A DNA stretch of 62,494 bases, counting the filler, from Stramenopiles sp. TOSAG23-6 (taxonomy: Eukaryota), in NCBI GenBank assembly GCA_900128565.1. It is 14 parts of 14 records of this genome, joined end to end, with 100 filler letters (N's around TTAATTAATTAA, not from the genome) between each part and the next. Parts side by side here need not be neighbours in the genome. Positions count along the whole stretch, not along the records: positions 35,893 to 40,258 come from LT637185.1; positions 40,359 to 44,724 come from LT637186.1; positions 44,825 to 49,172 come from LT637187.1; 11 more parts are not named here. The stretch is one strand, 5' to 3'. Positions 36,849-47,452 of the stretch are shown piece after piece. A program made the translations under genes and the position numbers. Positions within the stretch are counted from its first letter, which is position 1, and the number at the start of each line of letters is the position of its first letter. The notes under the pieces were generated by a model. That model worked only from the letters and a program-made list of their open reading frames with translations, ran no database searches and was not told where the DNA came from.

Positions 36849-39626
36849 ATGTCGAACGCCAGTACTGTAAACCAGGGCTCAGTTGCCTGGAGTAGAAGGA
36901 AAGTAAGACCTGCTACAGCTGGTCGTGTCCGTTCTTCTACATCAACAGTCGCTTCACCAGATATACGTAATGTCAATAGAATAATTCAAACGAAACGCAA
37001 AAAACGCGAAAGACCTAAAAGTGCAGCAAGCCAGAGAACTGGCAGTCAAGCAAGAAGACAAGTAAGTCTTTTAAAGGAGCGTCGAAATATATATATTGGT
37101 AATAATATAATAAAGAGACCGAATGCTGTTTCCGGAAAAAAGAGAATTATGAAACCGGAGTTCGGTACACAAAGATATTCAGTAGTAAAACAACGAGCTA
37201 AAAGAGGTTCACCAAAGAAAGATTCCAATGGTTTGAATTCATTTAAGGACAAAATGTTACCATCTAGTAATCAGTTAGAAGCTTTGCGTGATCAAATATC
37301 ACTGTTAAAACAGCAAAATCTTGAGTCTTCACAAAATTTGAAAACCGCTACTGCAAAAATAAAATGGCTTGAAGGTGAAATTCGAAGAAGTGATCAACAA
37401 ATGGAAGAAGCTGTAACACAAAAATCTGGGTGTGTAACAACACCAATGGTGCAGACTGTAGTGCAGCTTAGAAGACTTCGAGTGCGATTACAACATGTGG
37501 AACAAACTTTATTTAGAAAGAACAAACAAATTTTTAATATACAAAAAAATCAAAAATACACTCGGTATATGGAACTTGAAACGGTTAATAAAGAATATTA
37601 TTCAGAGATCATGAGACTAAGACAAACAATGGCTAAACAAGCTAGATCAAATATACAACAAAATTCTCAGGCAAAAGCAGCCATCAACGCATCATACCAA
37701 GTCGTTACTGAAGTCGAAAAGCTTCAAGCAGAAAATAGTAAATTAAAAAAGACTGTTGAAGCAATAAAATCTTCTGCGTTAATTTCTAAGAGTGAAAGTG
37801 TAGATACAGACGGAATTTTATATTCAGATAAAGTTGTTGAACATAAATGTACAATATCCAAATTAGAGAGTGAAATAAAAAAATTACGTTGTGATATTAA
37901 GAGACTTCGAGGATATCTTAAACAGAAGAATAGTGGCGATACTAGAGATGTAAGTAATAGTAATAATAACAAAAAAAAGGATAAATCTAAGTATTTAAAT
38001 ACAGTAATTAATCCTGTGGTTCAAAGGCAAGAACTTCGAGATGCAGCACGATCAGAACAGTTAGAAAAACTGCGATTACGGCATGAAGCTGAACGTAAAA
38101 AACAACTTTTGGTAGGGAAAAGAAAACGTGCAAATATGGAAGCTAGATGGAAGCGCGCCGAAGAGAAAAAACATGTTATTGCCAAGCAGAAGGCTTATGC
38201 AAAAGAAATGGAGAAAAAAACACAGTTACAGATGAAACGTAATCGAATTAAAGAATTAAAAGAACAAGAGGCTTTGTGGAAAATGCGAAGTGATGTCGCT
38301 TTTGATGATGCTAGAAATAATGGGGGTGGATTAAATATGCGCCGAAGAAATATAGTAAAAGCTCAAAATGATACTAAAACATCTAAGCGAATAAATCCAT
38401 CAAAACGAGTACGAAAGATACAACATCAAGGGGTAAAATCAAAAAGAAACAAAACGGAAGCTAGAAAATGGGCAAAAAAACAGCTGAGACAAAACAGCAT
38501 GAAAAAGCATTTGAAGATTTCAGAGTTGTATGGTGTTACGTCGAGTCAAAAGAATATTATAAAGCAAAGTAACACTCAAAAAGGGTCTGCTTCACAGCGT
38601 AGGCCTGTGAAGAAAGCAACAAAACTTGGGATTCGTCGAAATGCACAGCAGAATAACATAATGAGTAACGATAGCAGTTACTCTTCAAATATAGTTGGTC
38701 TAAGTGGTGGCATTGCTGGAGGAAATGAAGATATAAAAATGCAGTTGCGACAGCAGAAGAAATCTATTATAGTTAATGAGAAAAACATAACTAAAAACGA
38801 GTTTAATGCTAAGAACGCAGAATACAAGCAAAATAGTGATAAATGCAAAACTGTGCAGCAAACAATAGTTATAAAAGAGAAAACACAAAGTTCAAAGTTA
38901 AAAGATAAATATGCAACACGCATTCAAGCAATGGAACGAGGTAGGTCGACACGAAATAAATTTCAATCACAAAGGGGAAAACGCCAAAAAGAGGCGAATC
39001 ATCGCTATCATGTTGCTGCAATGAAAGTGCAAGCCAGACAACGAGGAATCATAGACAGAACTACAGTACGTAAAATGACGTTAATCAATCAAAACAAATC
39101 TCAAGTTGAAAGTGATTCTAGAAGTACCTCTCAAAGCACATCTGTAAATGATTCTGATGATGCTATTTTTGAACGAGCCATGGAAAGGAAAAGAGAGTCT
39201 GAAAGATTGAAAAATGAACGAGCCATAGAAAGGAAAAGAGAGTCTGAAAGATTGAAAAATGAACGAGCCATGGAAAGGAAAAGAGAGTCTGAAAGATTGG
39301 AGATTGAAGAGCGTAGAATGGAAGAGCATTTTCAAAACGAATTAAAGAAAAAACAAGATAAAAGAGCCACCGAAAGAATACAGAAAGAACTTATGAGGAA
39401 AAAAGAATTATCTAAACTTCAACATAATGAAGAAGAAGATTTATACCCATCAGATGAAGACAGCCTTGATAATTCAGATGATGACTTTGAAAGCGATGAA
39501 TCAGAAAAAANTATCGAACCTTCAAAAGTATATGATGCCGAATTTGAAAGTGAAAAAGAGTCATATAAATCACCCGAAGAATACGATAGTGTTACCGGAA
39601 ATGAATCTGATCCATTTGACATGTAA
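36849..39626 (+). CDS. IQCE-like coiled-coil protein with IQ motifs
   Basis: KYTRYMELETVNKEYYSEIMRLR segment; ATRIQAMERGRSTR and AMKVQARQRG IQ motifs; 14-aa tandem repeat ERAMERKRESERLK. Confidence 0.65.
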   Translation: MSNASTVNQGSVAWSRRKVRPATAGRVRSSTSTVASPDIRNVNRIIQTKRKKRERPKSAASQRTGSQARRQVSLLKERRNIYIGNNIIKRPNAVSGKKRIMKPEFGTQRYSVVKQRAKRGSPKKDSNGLNSFKDKMLPSSNQLEALRDQISLLKQQNLESSQNLKTATAKIKWLEGEIRRSDQQMEEAVTQKSGCVTTPMVQTVVQLRRLRVRLQHVEQTLFRKNKQIFNIQKNQKYTRYMELETVNKEYYSEIMRLRQTMAKQARSNIQQNSQAKAAINASYQVVTEVEKLQAENSKLKKTVEAIKSSALISKSESVDTDGILYSDKVVEHKCTISKLESEIKKLRCDIKRLRGYLKQKNSGDTRDVSNSNNNKKKDKSKYLNTVINPVVQRQELRDAARSEQLEKLRLRHEAERKKQLLVGKRKRANMEARWKRAEEKKHVIAKQKAYAKEMEKKTQLQMKRNRIKELKEQEALWKMRSDVAFDDARNNGGGLNMRRRNIVKAQNDTKTSKRINPSKRVRKIQHQGVKSKRNKTEARKWAKKQLRQNSMKKHLKISELYGVTSSQKNIIKQSNTQKGSASQRRPVKKATKLGIRRNAQQNNIMSNDSSYSSNIVGLSGGIAGGNEDIKMQLRQQKKSIIVNEKNITKNEFNAKNAEYKQNSDKCKTVQQTIVIKEKTQSSKLKDKYATRIQAMERGRSTRNKFQSQRGKRQKEANHRYHVAAMKVQARQRGIIDRTTVRKMTLINQNKSQVESDSRSTSQSTSVNDSDDAIFERAMERKRESERLKNERAIERKRESERLKNERAMERKRESERLEIEERRMEEHFQNELKKKQDKRATERIQKELMRKKELSKLQHNEEEDLYPSDEDSLDNSDDDFESDESEKXIEPSKVYDAEFESEKESYKSPEEYDSVTGNESDPFDM

Positions 39627-39700
39627 TTAATAAAATAAATGACTGCTTCAATTAAATGAATCTGATCCATTTGACATGTAATTAATAAAATAAATGACTG
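39601..39700 (+). repeat. Direct duplication (~45 nt, period 56) spanning the stop codon and 3' UTR
   Basis: ATGAATCTGATCCATTTGACATGTAATTAATAAAATAAATGACTG occurs twice. Confidence 0.85.
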
Positions 39701-39810
39701 TTTCAATTTTAATTTTTGTTTCAACAGTAGTTTTATTTTTTGATCTAGTTCATTTATCTATGATACTTTAATTTTTGTTCAGGAACTCTTAGGAGTTTAA
39801 GTAAAATTAT

Positions 39811-40258
39811 TCATACACCCAAGTGATCTATATGTAAAAGTATTTTTAAATGTTCATAAGTATAGAAAATTATAGCATTCACCCAAAACCCTCTCAAGGT
39901 CAAAGGCAAAATACCTTTAATAAACCCACGCCAACCACTTTGGGTGAATATACGCCGAGATACTTCGGTTGCTTTAGGTGCTCTCTGTCCTGCTGCGATA
40001 GATGCAGCCTGAATATTAGTTTTTATGACATCAAATGGGATTGTACTACCCCATCTGATAACACCAGCAAAACCACCGCTAATTAATTCAGGAAAACCTG
40101 GTCCAGCTTGTATCATATTAGATACACTATTACTCTCATATTCGACTTGTTTTCCCATGTATTGCCTGAAAAGTTTCTTGCATTCTTCATACATAACAAA
40201 CTGTAAGCCTGCAGACGGGACATCACGAAGCAACGTGACATACCATCCTCGGTAAAGG
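39811..40258 (-). CDS. Mitochondrial carrier (SLC25), 5' partial
   Basis: LRDVPSAGLQFVMYE; PFDVIKTNIQ signature; GWRGFIKG. Confidence 0.9.
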
Positions 40259-40413
40259 NNNNNNNNNNNNNNNNNNNNNNNNNNNNNNNNNNNNNNNNNN
40301 NNTTAATTAATTAANNNNNNNNNNNNNNNNNNNNNNNNNNNNNNNNNNNNNNNNNNNNCATACGAAATTTCGTACCTAACGAATTTTTTTTGAAATATTT
40401 TTCCAAAATACAT

Positions 40414-40573
40414 AGTAGTACAACAAAAAACAGATGAAACATTTGAACATGTGTTTGAGACAGAAGATGATGCTGGTGTCTTTTCTATGATGCAAAATAT
40501 AGTTGATGAAACTAGCCTTGAAAACAAAACTAGTGAAAACACTCAACATGCAAATTATGAGACAAAATTATGA
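40414..40573 (+). CDS. Terminal exon of an unknown gene
   Basis: Open acidic frame after branch box and CCAAAATACAT. Confidence 0.45.
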
Positions 40574-40735
40574 TATCATTAAATAAACTTTATAAAATTT
40601 GAATTTGAACTGACTCACTATTTCCTCTATATTCTTTGAGAGTTATATTTCGTAAACATAATTGTAATTGACTATATCAGGTTACCATAAATGTCGCCCA
40701 ACATAAAAACATAAAAACATAAAAAAGAGTCTCAG

Positions 40736-42286
40736 TCAGTGTTGTACGTATGATTCAACTGGTGTAGTATGATATTCTACGTATGATTCAACTGGTGTAG
40801 TATCATATACTTGATAGTTTTGGTATTCTTCTGCTTGTTTATACTCAGAGACATAACAACCTGAAGAAGGAATAAAATCTTTTTGTTTTTTAAATCTTGG
40901 TGCTCCAAATGTTTCATTGAAAACACACGCTTCCTGTATAAATTGAGGAAAACACAATTGCGAATCTAATCCTTGATCATATGTAACTTGCTCTTGGTAA
41001 TTGTTATAAGGATGATGCTGAGAAAAACTTTTGAAACTGGCTTCTACTGGAACACGTTTCCCATCTTCGGGCTTTAACGTCAATAAAATTGCAAAACACA
41101 TCTGCCTTCGAGATATCACTTTTATAGCAATATATCGATCACCGATATATTCTCTGTTTTTCTTGCTCATCAACTTTTCCGCATCTTCTTCGCTTTGAAG
41201 CTCACAATATCCGTCACCATTGTAATTACCAAGAACAACGATTCCGTTAGGTGTAATGTTCAATTCAGCCATTTCTGCTGCGAGAAATTGTTCAACATCA
41301 TATATATCAGAACCGTATGGAAGACCTCTTAGACGTATACAACACTTAGTATGATCAGGATACATGCTTCCCACACATATAGTATCAAATTCAGAAAAAT
41401 GATATTGAACTCTCGAAAGTACATCAAAAAACTCTTGTCGTTGTTTTAAGAGATACCTTACAAGTTCGATCTTAGACGAAGCAAATACTTCACAATATCT
41501 ATTTTTAATCATTTTTCTGTGTATTGACAGAACTTTTTCGAAATCNTTTTCATTATTTACTTCGACAAAACATTCACCTGTTGGAGTTCCACATATTCTG
41601 AGAATATGATGTATTTGACACTCTTTTATATGGATTTCGCTTTTCGAAAAGCGTTTGATAATGTCGCTATTCGTGGTATCATATGGAAGACCTCGCATGC
41701 GAGCGACAAACTGATAACCTTGGTGTTCACTATTGCCACGATAAATGCCACTATCTGTATCCATTTTCTTAATATTTTGTAACATTTTAGTCAAATTTGT
41801 CTCTTCCTTTTCTGCCGCTTTCCTCAATGTTTCATACTGCTGAAAATCCATAGGAAATACCTCAACGTATCTCCTACCGATTGCTTTAAGGTTATTTTTC
41901 AAGGCCAGGGCAGCCTTTTCAGAAGTTGTAAATTCGACGTAAGCTCCACCATTTGGACGACCTAAGTAATTACGTGTCATGAGCACATTCTTGATATCAT
42001 TTGCTGTAATACGACCAAGTGTAAAGAAATTCCGAATCATCTTTTCGGAGACTTGCCAGGGGATTCCTCTCAGTCGAACAACATTTGCTTTTTTTGATTC
42101 AGGTTCATGATCGTTGGACGTAATAGGATCATACCCAGTCCCCACATTATTTTCTTCATAAGTTAATTCTGGATTGACTTTATCTTTAATATTTTCATCC
42201 AAACTCCTACTTAAGCTTGGAACATCGCTGTGAAGTTTCGCTCTACTATTTGATTTTGACGTATTCTGAAAAGGTGTATAGCTCAT
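40736..42286 (-). CDS. hnRNP F/H-ESRP-GRSF1 family RNA-binding protein with three quasi-RRMs
   Basis: VVRLRGIPW...IGRRYVEVF; ARMRGLPY...IKNRYCEVF; IRLRGLPY...IGDRYI. Confidence 0.88.
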   Translation of the reverse strand: MSYTPFQNTSKSNSRAKLHSDVPSLSRSLDENIKDKVNPELTYEENNVGTGYDPITSNDHEPESKKANVVRLRGIPWQVSEKMIRNFFTLGRITANDIKNVLMTRNYLGRPNGGAYVEFTTSEKAALALKNNLKAIGRRYVEVFPMDFQQYETLRKAAEKEETNLTKMLQNIKKMDTDSGIYRGNSEHQGYQFVARMRGLPYDTTNSDIIKRFSKSEIHIKECQIHHILRICGTPTGECFVEVNNEXDFEKVLSIHRKMIKNRYCEVFASSKIELVRYLLKQRQEFFDVLSRVQYHFSEFDTICVGSMYPDHTKCCIRLRGLPYGSDIYDVEQFLAAEMAELNITPNGIVVLGNYNGDGYCELQSEEDAEKLMSKKNREYIGDRYIAIKVISRRQMCFAILLTLKPEDGKRVPVEASFKSFSQHHPYNNYQEQVTYDQGLDSQLCFPQFIQEACVFNETFGAPRFKKQKDFIPSSGCYVSEYKQAEEYQNYQVYDTTPVESYVEYHTTPVESYVQH

Positions 42287-42611
42287 TATGATAATGCCTT
42301 GCGTATATATATCCTTTATATATGTATATACAGGATTTATTAATAATCTGAGGAAAAGATCAATACAGTCATCAAGTAATCTAGATTTTTTTTGGGATTC
42401 GGTGTTCTCTCTCTGTCCAATATGGTTCGAATTATAGGATACGGCGCGTTGAAATCCAACATTTTTTTTGAAAAAATATTTTTGTCTAATTTTTTAGGAT
42501 TTCGTGTTTATAAATGATTTCTATCTAGATCACCAACCAACAAAAGCATTGGGCACATTTGTTTACTAACAAACCTATAATATGAAGTAAATTAAAAAAA
42601 CTATATCAACA

Positions 42612-42908
42612 TTAGAATTTCAAAACTGTAAGTCCATCAGAAACGGCAACACAATCTTCTTTGTTTTGATCATAATTGTAATTGTCGTAACGATTGATCG
42701 AAGAATCTGATGAATTATCGTCTTCACAACATTTTTCTGAGCTTAAGCGGGCCACTCTAGCAATATTGGCAATGTCTTGGCGTTCGTATTCAAGTTGTTG
42801 TGACACCTGAAAAGTTCTATTGTATATTCTCCGAGTAAAAATTAGAAGAAGAAGAAGTACACCAAGCAGGAATACTGTAAGAAAAACTTCGATGAAATAG
42901 TTTGGCAT
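42612..42908 (-). CDS. Small single-pass membrane protein
   Basis: 98-aa ORF with an N-terminal hydrophobic helix. Confidence 0.45.
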   Translation of the reverse strand: MPNYFIEVFLTVFLLGVLLLLLIFTRRIYNRTFQVSQQLEYERQDIANIARVARLSSEKCCEDDNSSDSSINRYDNYNYDQNKEDCVAVSDGLTVLKF

Positions 42909-43271
42909 TATTTGAAACCTTGAACGTCACATCAACCAAGGATAATATTCTGGTTGTTTATATTTTTATCCATTTAATGTGTTATGTGTGAAGGATTCCG
43001 GCTCTTGATTGTATTTACTTTTACAGAGCAACGATGCGAAGATGAAAACCCACAGATGTCAAAACTATTATAGTGAAGAAGCTCACTTTTTTTTTTTCAC
43101 CACATGTTTTTTTTTTTTTTGACCATTTTGTCATTCGATTATTTCTCTGTTCATTTCTGTTGTGACCCGTTATTATGATTATGTCACACGCGCACTACCA
43201 CGGTGGTCTTTTCTATCTATTAAATACTCTATGAATAAATTTATTTCACTCCTCTATAGCTGCAACTAAAG

Positions 43272-44724
43272 ATGACATCCCACATGTCAAAGGCTGTAAG
43301 ATCAGCTACTGACTCAGAAATATTCGATCTTGGTGGTTATAACGAAGATACTATACACTTGCTAGTTGATCAGTGTTTCAAAGAGCCTTTTCCAATCTCT
43401 ACAATGATCAAAATAAGTTTCATTGTAGGCGCTGGAAAAGCTACACGCGGTAGATACAATAGTTCATTACCAAAGTATATGCGTGCAGCTCTCCAGAAAG
43501 TCGGATTTTCTGAAGATCAAGGAGCATGCTGTATGGATACCAGTGCAGGTTTGTTCAAATATCAACATGATACTGGAAAGAACCAAATTTTTATCCATGT
43601 ATTCCCACTTCTGAAAGTTGCGGATGGGTCGTTTCCACCAGTACCTCCTCAAGCTGAAGAAATAAAGGATCCTCTAACAATGTGTTGTGAATGTAGTTTT
43701 TCTACTTTTAAGAAAATAGTGGAGAAACAAACTCCTTCGGTTACAACTAAACGTCGTCTACATGCATGTTTTATTTATTTTTTTGTTTTCGAAAAAAAAA
43801 AATCGATTTTTTTTTCGTACGAAATTTTGTACCTAACAATTTTTTTTTTTTGGTAAAAAAATTTTGAAATATTTTTCCAAAATACATGCTGCTTTAAAAG
43901 ACGCCAAGAAAGAATTTACTTCTATTGAAAAGAAGTTAATGAATGGTGAGACACTTTCAATCAAAGAATCAGAGAAATATTCTAATTTTGAAGACATAGA
44001 AGATAAAATAGAGTATGTACGTTTTCAAAATTGGATTTTTTTTGAATTTTTTTTTTTTGAAAATTTTGTACCTAACAATTTTTTTTTTTTTTGGTAAAAA
44101 AAAAATTTTGAAATATTTTTCCAAAATAAATGTTCATTCTCTGCAAATCGCTCAAGTAAAGCGTGGTGAAATTACTGCGGAAGAAAAAAATATATTGAGG
44201 TCCAATCTTTTTTCAAAGATAAAAACTTTAGAGATGGAAATAAAAAAATGTGAAGAAAATGCATCAGAAAATGTAAGCAAACCAAATCTAGCTGCAAAAT
44301 ATAACAAACATGTAGAAAAGTTACAGAAAGACAGAACGTTTTATTTATTTTTTTGTTTTTTTTGTTTTCGAAAAAAAAAAAATCGAATTTATTTTTCATA
44401 CGAAATTTTGTACCTAACGAATTTTTTTTTATAGAAAATTTTGAAATATTTTTCCAAAATAGGCAACAAACTGAATATTCGTATGAATTCTCTCAAAGAT
44501 AAACCAACAAAAGACGTTTTGACAATTTTCCCTTTAAAAAATAAAGAAGAATTTGAGTCAATTTGGCTTCAGGCTGATCGAATAAAATCATGTACGTTTT
44601 ATTTTTTTTTTTTTTTCGAAAAAAAAAAAAAAATCGAATTTTTTTTTCATACGAAATTTTGTACCTAAAAAATTTTTTTTTTTTTTTTTTTTGAAATATT
44701 TTTCCAAAATACATATCTATTTTC
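43272..44724 (+). CDS. Uncharacterised protein with four motif-class introns, 3' partial
   Basis: Introns 43764-43887 (GC-AT), 44017-44131 (GT-AT), 44334-44462 (GA-AG) and 44592-44714 (GT-AT); the first three joins give a continuous frame. Confidence 0.75.
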
Positions 44725-44824
44725 NNNNNNNNNNNNNNNNNNNNNNNNNNNNNNNNNNNNNNNNNNNNTTAATTAATTAANNNNNNNNNNNNNNNNNNNN
44801 NNNNNNNNNNNNNNNNNNNNNNNN

Positions 44825-45118
44825 ATTCCGATTCATTACTTGTAGAAATGCACTAAGAATGTCAATATCCGAACCATGAAGTGTATCTAAACCATCAATG
44901 ACGTACATAGTCCGAATATTTGGATGTGCTTCTAAATGACGATATAGAAGCTCTTTGACATATATCACTCTATCACTTTCGGTTATATCGCCTAAATTGA
45001 TATGTAAGACTGAACCAGACTGAAGTCCAAGGGAAAATGATAGAGCATGTGGTAGAGCGATTAAAGTCGAGTTTTCAGTACCTATAAGAAAGTAGGACAC
45101 TGGTCCTGACTGATTCAT
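44825..45118 (-). CDS. Possible AAA+/torsin-like fold fragment
   Basis: VSYFLIG...MYVIDGLDTL resembles degenerate Walker A/B spacing. Confidence 0.3.
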
Positions 45119-45311
45119 ATCAAAGTCGTTACCGATGAGTGTTTCCCCGATCTTAAATCGCGATGAAAATGAAACAAAAATCCAAAAATGCCTTATTAAC
45201 TAGGGATCTAGGGTTAGGGTTAGATTCAAAATCAAACATTTTTTTTTGAAAGCGAAGCCAAGGCTTTCCAAGAGAGGAACGCCATTACAAAAATTGTAGA
45301 CCAACAAGTAG

Positions 45312-45680
45312 ATGAGTAGTAAACAGCAAGATTGGGATGAGGAAAACGAGAAGGTCGATGTAACAGAAGATGTGCCAGATAAATCTTTATTCAAGGCACC
45401 TTCTGTTAGTACTTTAATGTCACTAGAGGGCCGGGGAAAGATTAATGACTTGCGTGGTTTAAAGAGATTAAAAGAAAGGCTCGAAAGAGAAAATACAATT
45501 AAAGAGCTAGACGATGAAACAGATGATGATACAAAGAGCATAGACTATAGCAATAAACATCGGATCTTAAGAGGTGGAAATAATAGCAAATGTCGGCCTG
45601 TGTATTGCGACTCCACCGCACGAGAAACACGATGGTTATGGTATTATAAAGCCTACGAGCAGACTCAAAAGTGTATCTAG
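45312..45680 (+). CDS. Hypothetical protein
   Basis: 122-aa charged ORF. Confidence 0.4.
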   Translation: MSSKQQDWDEENEKVDVTEDVPDKSLFKAPSVSTLMSLEGRGKINDLRGLKRLKERLERENTIKELDDETDDDTKSIDYSNKHRILRGGNNSKCRPVYCDSTARETRWLWYYKAYEQTQKCI

Positions 45681-46118
45681 ATTTGGATCTCTCTTGTAAC
45701 ATTACTATGGTTCACAAAATTATCATGCGTGGTGCAAGTGTCATTTTTTTAGGTTAGTTTTCCTCCAGTTGAGTCTAAATACTACTGTGGTGGATTTAGT
45801 TTATTTTTAGGGTTCTCCTCAGTGTACAAAAGGTAGATATTGCAATATAATAATGATATGAGTAAGATGCAGAGTAAACCTTTGCCTGGTGGCCATGTGA
45901 TTATATATAATAATAAAAATAATAAAATTTAAATATGGCTTGTTTGTTCCAAGATGTCGTCAGTAACCCTAACCCTAGATACTTTTGACCGATGTCATTG
46001 TGTAACTGTAAAGTAAAATTTGATTCTTCTTCTCCAAATTTGAAATTTTAGCTACAACGTTCGAAATTACAACTATATAATGATTGCTTTTATAATATAA
46101 AACAACAATTCATTCGCG

Positions 46119-47432
46119 ATGAATCAGTCTAAAACTAAAGAAGACGAAAACAATGTAGAAAGTAGTGGATACGTGTGGAAAGAAAAGAAGAAAACTGCTT
46201 TTGAATTAGCAGGTATTAAACCACGTTTTTTGGGTGTTCGAGATGGTTTTGGAGGAAAACACCAATTCGGTCAAAGCACTACAGCAGGAAGCTTGAAAAG
46301 CGGCACATTAAATCCAGATGGTATACCTTACAATACACGTGTCTTCAAACGTCGAATATCTCGAAAATGTGGTGAAAAGAAAACCATCAAGTTGAAAGAA
46401 GCTAATCAGAAAATAGTCGAAGATTTGTGTCAACCAAACTCAAAGTTACTTTTGAAAAAACTGCGAGATAAAACGTTTATAAAAGTTTGTCAATTAGTTG
46501 GTCTTCACCGAGAGGATTTACTTCCAAGAAAATTGTCTGATTTTCGCCCCAAATTCGGCCAAGGTCCTTGTCATCCATCCAAGACAGCACAAGAACAATT
46601 GCTAACAGTCCATGAGGTAAGAAGGCGAAAGAATATATGTCTTGTTATCGATTGTCTCTCAAGATTCACTTCAAAGGACAATGAAACAAAAGACCAGTCG
46701 AATAGTTCTGCTCAGGAGTGGTTAAGAAAAAAAAGAAGAAGAAATAAGGAGAAAATTTCACGTAAAATAAAAGTAGAAAAAGCTCGCTTAAAACGTCTAC
46801 AAGAGTGTTTACAGTTGGAAGAGGAAGAAACGGAATATTTAAGAAAAACAACCGAACATAAAAATCGGATTATTTCACGTCGCTTACATAGACGAGAAAT
46901 GATACATGTCCATCATGTCAACTCTCAAAGAGCTCAGTATAAGGCTCGTAGAGAATTAAATGAACTTTCAAGAATAGAACAAGACGTTAAAATAAGAGAT
47001 CAAAATATTTTGAAACAAAAATTACGTGAACAACGTCAAAAAAAATCATTATTAAAAAAGAATAAAACAACACAAAGGAATAAAAATGAAAAAGCGCTTG
47101 CATTAGCACGAGCTAAAGTAGTGCGATTACAAGCTGTAGATGTTGCAACACAACAAGCTGCACATAAAAGACTTCGAAAAGAAGCAACTGCTGAAATGTT
47201 ACAAGTGATGAAACTCGAAAGAATGCAATTGAATAATCAGAAAAAAGCAGCAATAGCTGAAGCAGTTAACGAAAAACGAAAACTTCACAAGAAAAAAGAA
47301 AAAATGCAAATTAAAAAGATACAAGATAAAATAGATAGAAAAAATAGAAAATGGGAAGAACGATGTACCCATAAGGAGAAATTAAGAAAGCAAATGTTGC
47401 ATACAAGGCATTTGCTTCAGATGCTAAAATAA
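46119..47432 (+). CDS. Basic coiled-coil hypothetical protein
   Basis: 437-aa ORF with a K/R/E-rich helical C-terminal half. Confidence 0.7.
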   Translation: MNQSKTKEDENNVESSGYVWKEKKKTAFELAGIKPRFLGVRDGFGGKHQFGQSTTAGSLKSGTLNPDGIPYNTRVFKRRISRKCGEKKTIKLKEANQKIVEDLCQPNSKLLLKKLRDKTFIKVCQLVGLHREDLLPRKLSDFRPKFGQGPCHPSKTAQEQLLTVHEVRRRKNICLVIDCLSRFTSKDNETKDQSNSSAQEWLRKKRRRNKEKISRKIKVEKARLKRLQECLQLEEEETEYLRKTTEHKNRIISRRLHRREMIHVHHVNSQRAQYKARRELNELSRIEQDVKIRDQNILKQKLREQRQKKSLLKKNKTTQRNKNEKALALARAKVVRLQAVDVATQQAAHKRLRKEATAEMLQVMKLERMQLNNQKKAAIAEAVNEKRKLHKKKEKMQIKKIQDKIDRKNRKWEERCTHKEKLRKQMLHTRHLLQMLK

Positions 47433-47452
47433 ATGATTAAATAAAAGTAATT

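Noticed and set aside
43762-43885. Reading the introns as U12-type AT-AC by sliding both ends 2 nt
   Set aside because: This works where direct repeats allow it but gives inconsistent ends elsewhere (AG-AT, AC-AT, TT-AC). The donors lack RTATCCTT and the branch-to-acceptor distance is too long. A highly derived minor spliceosome is not fully excluded.
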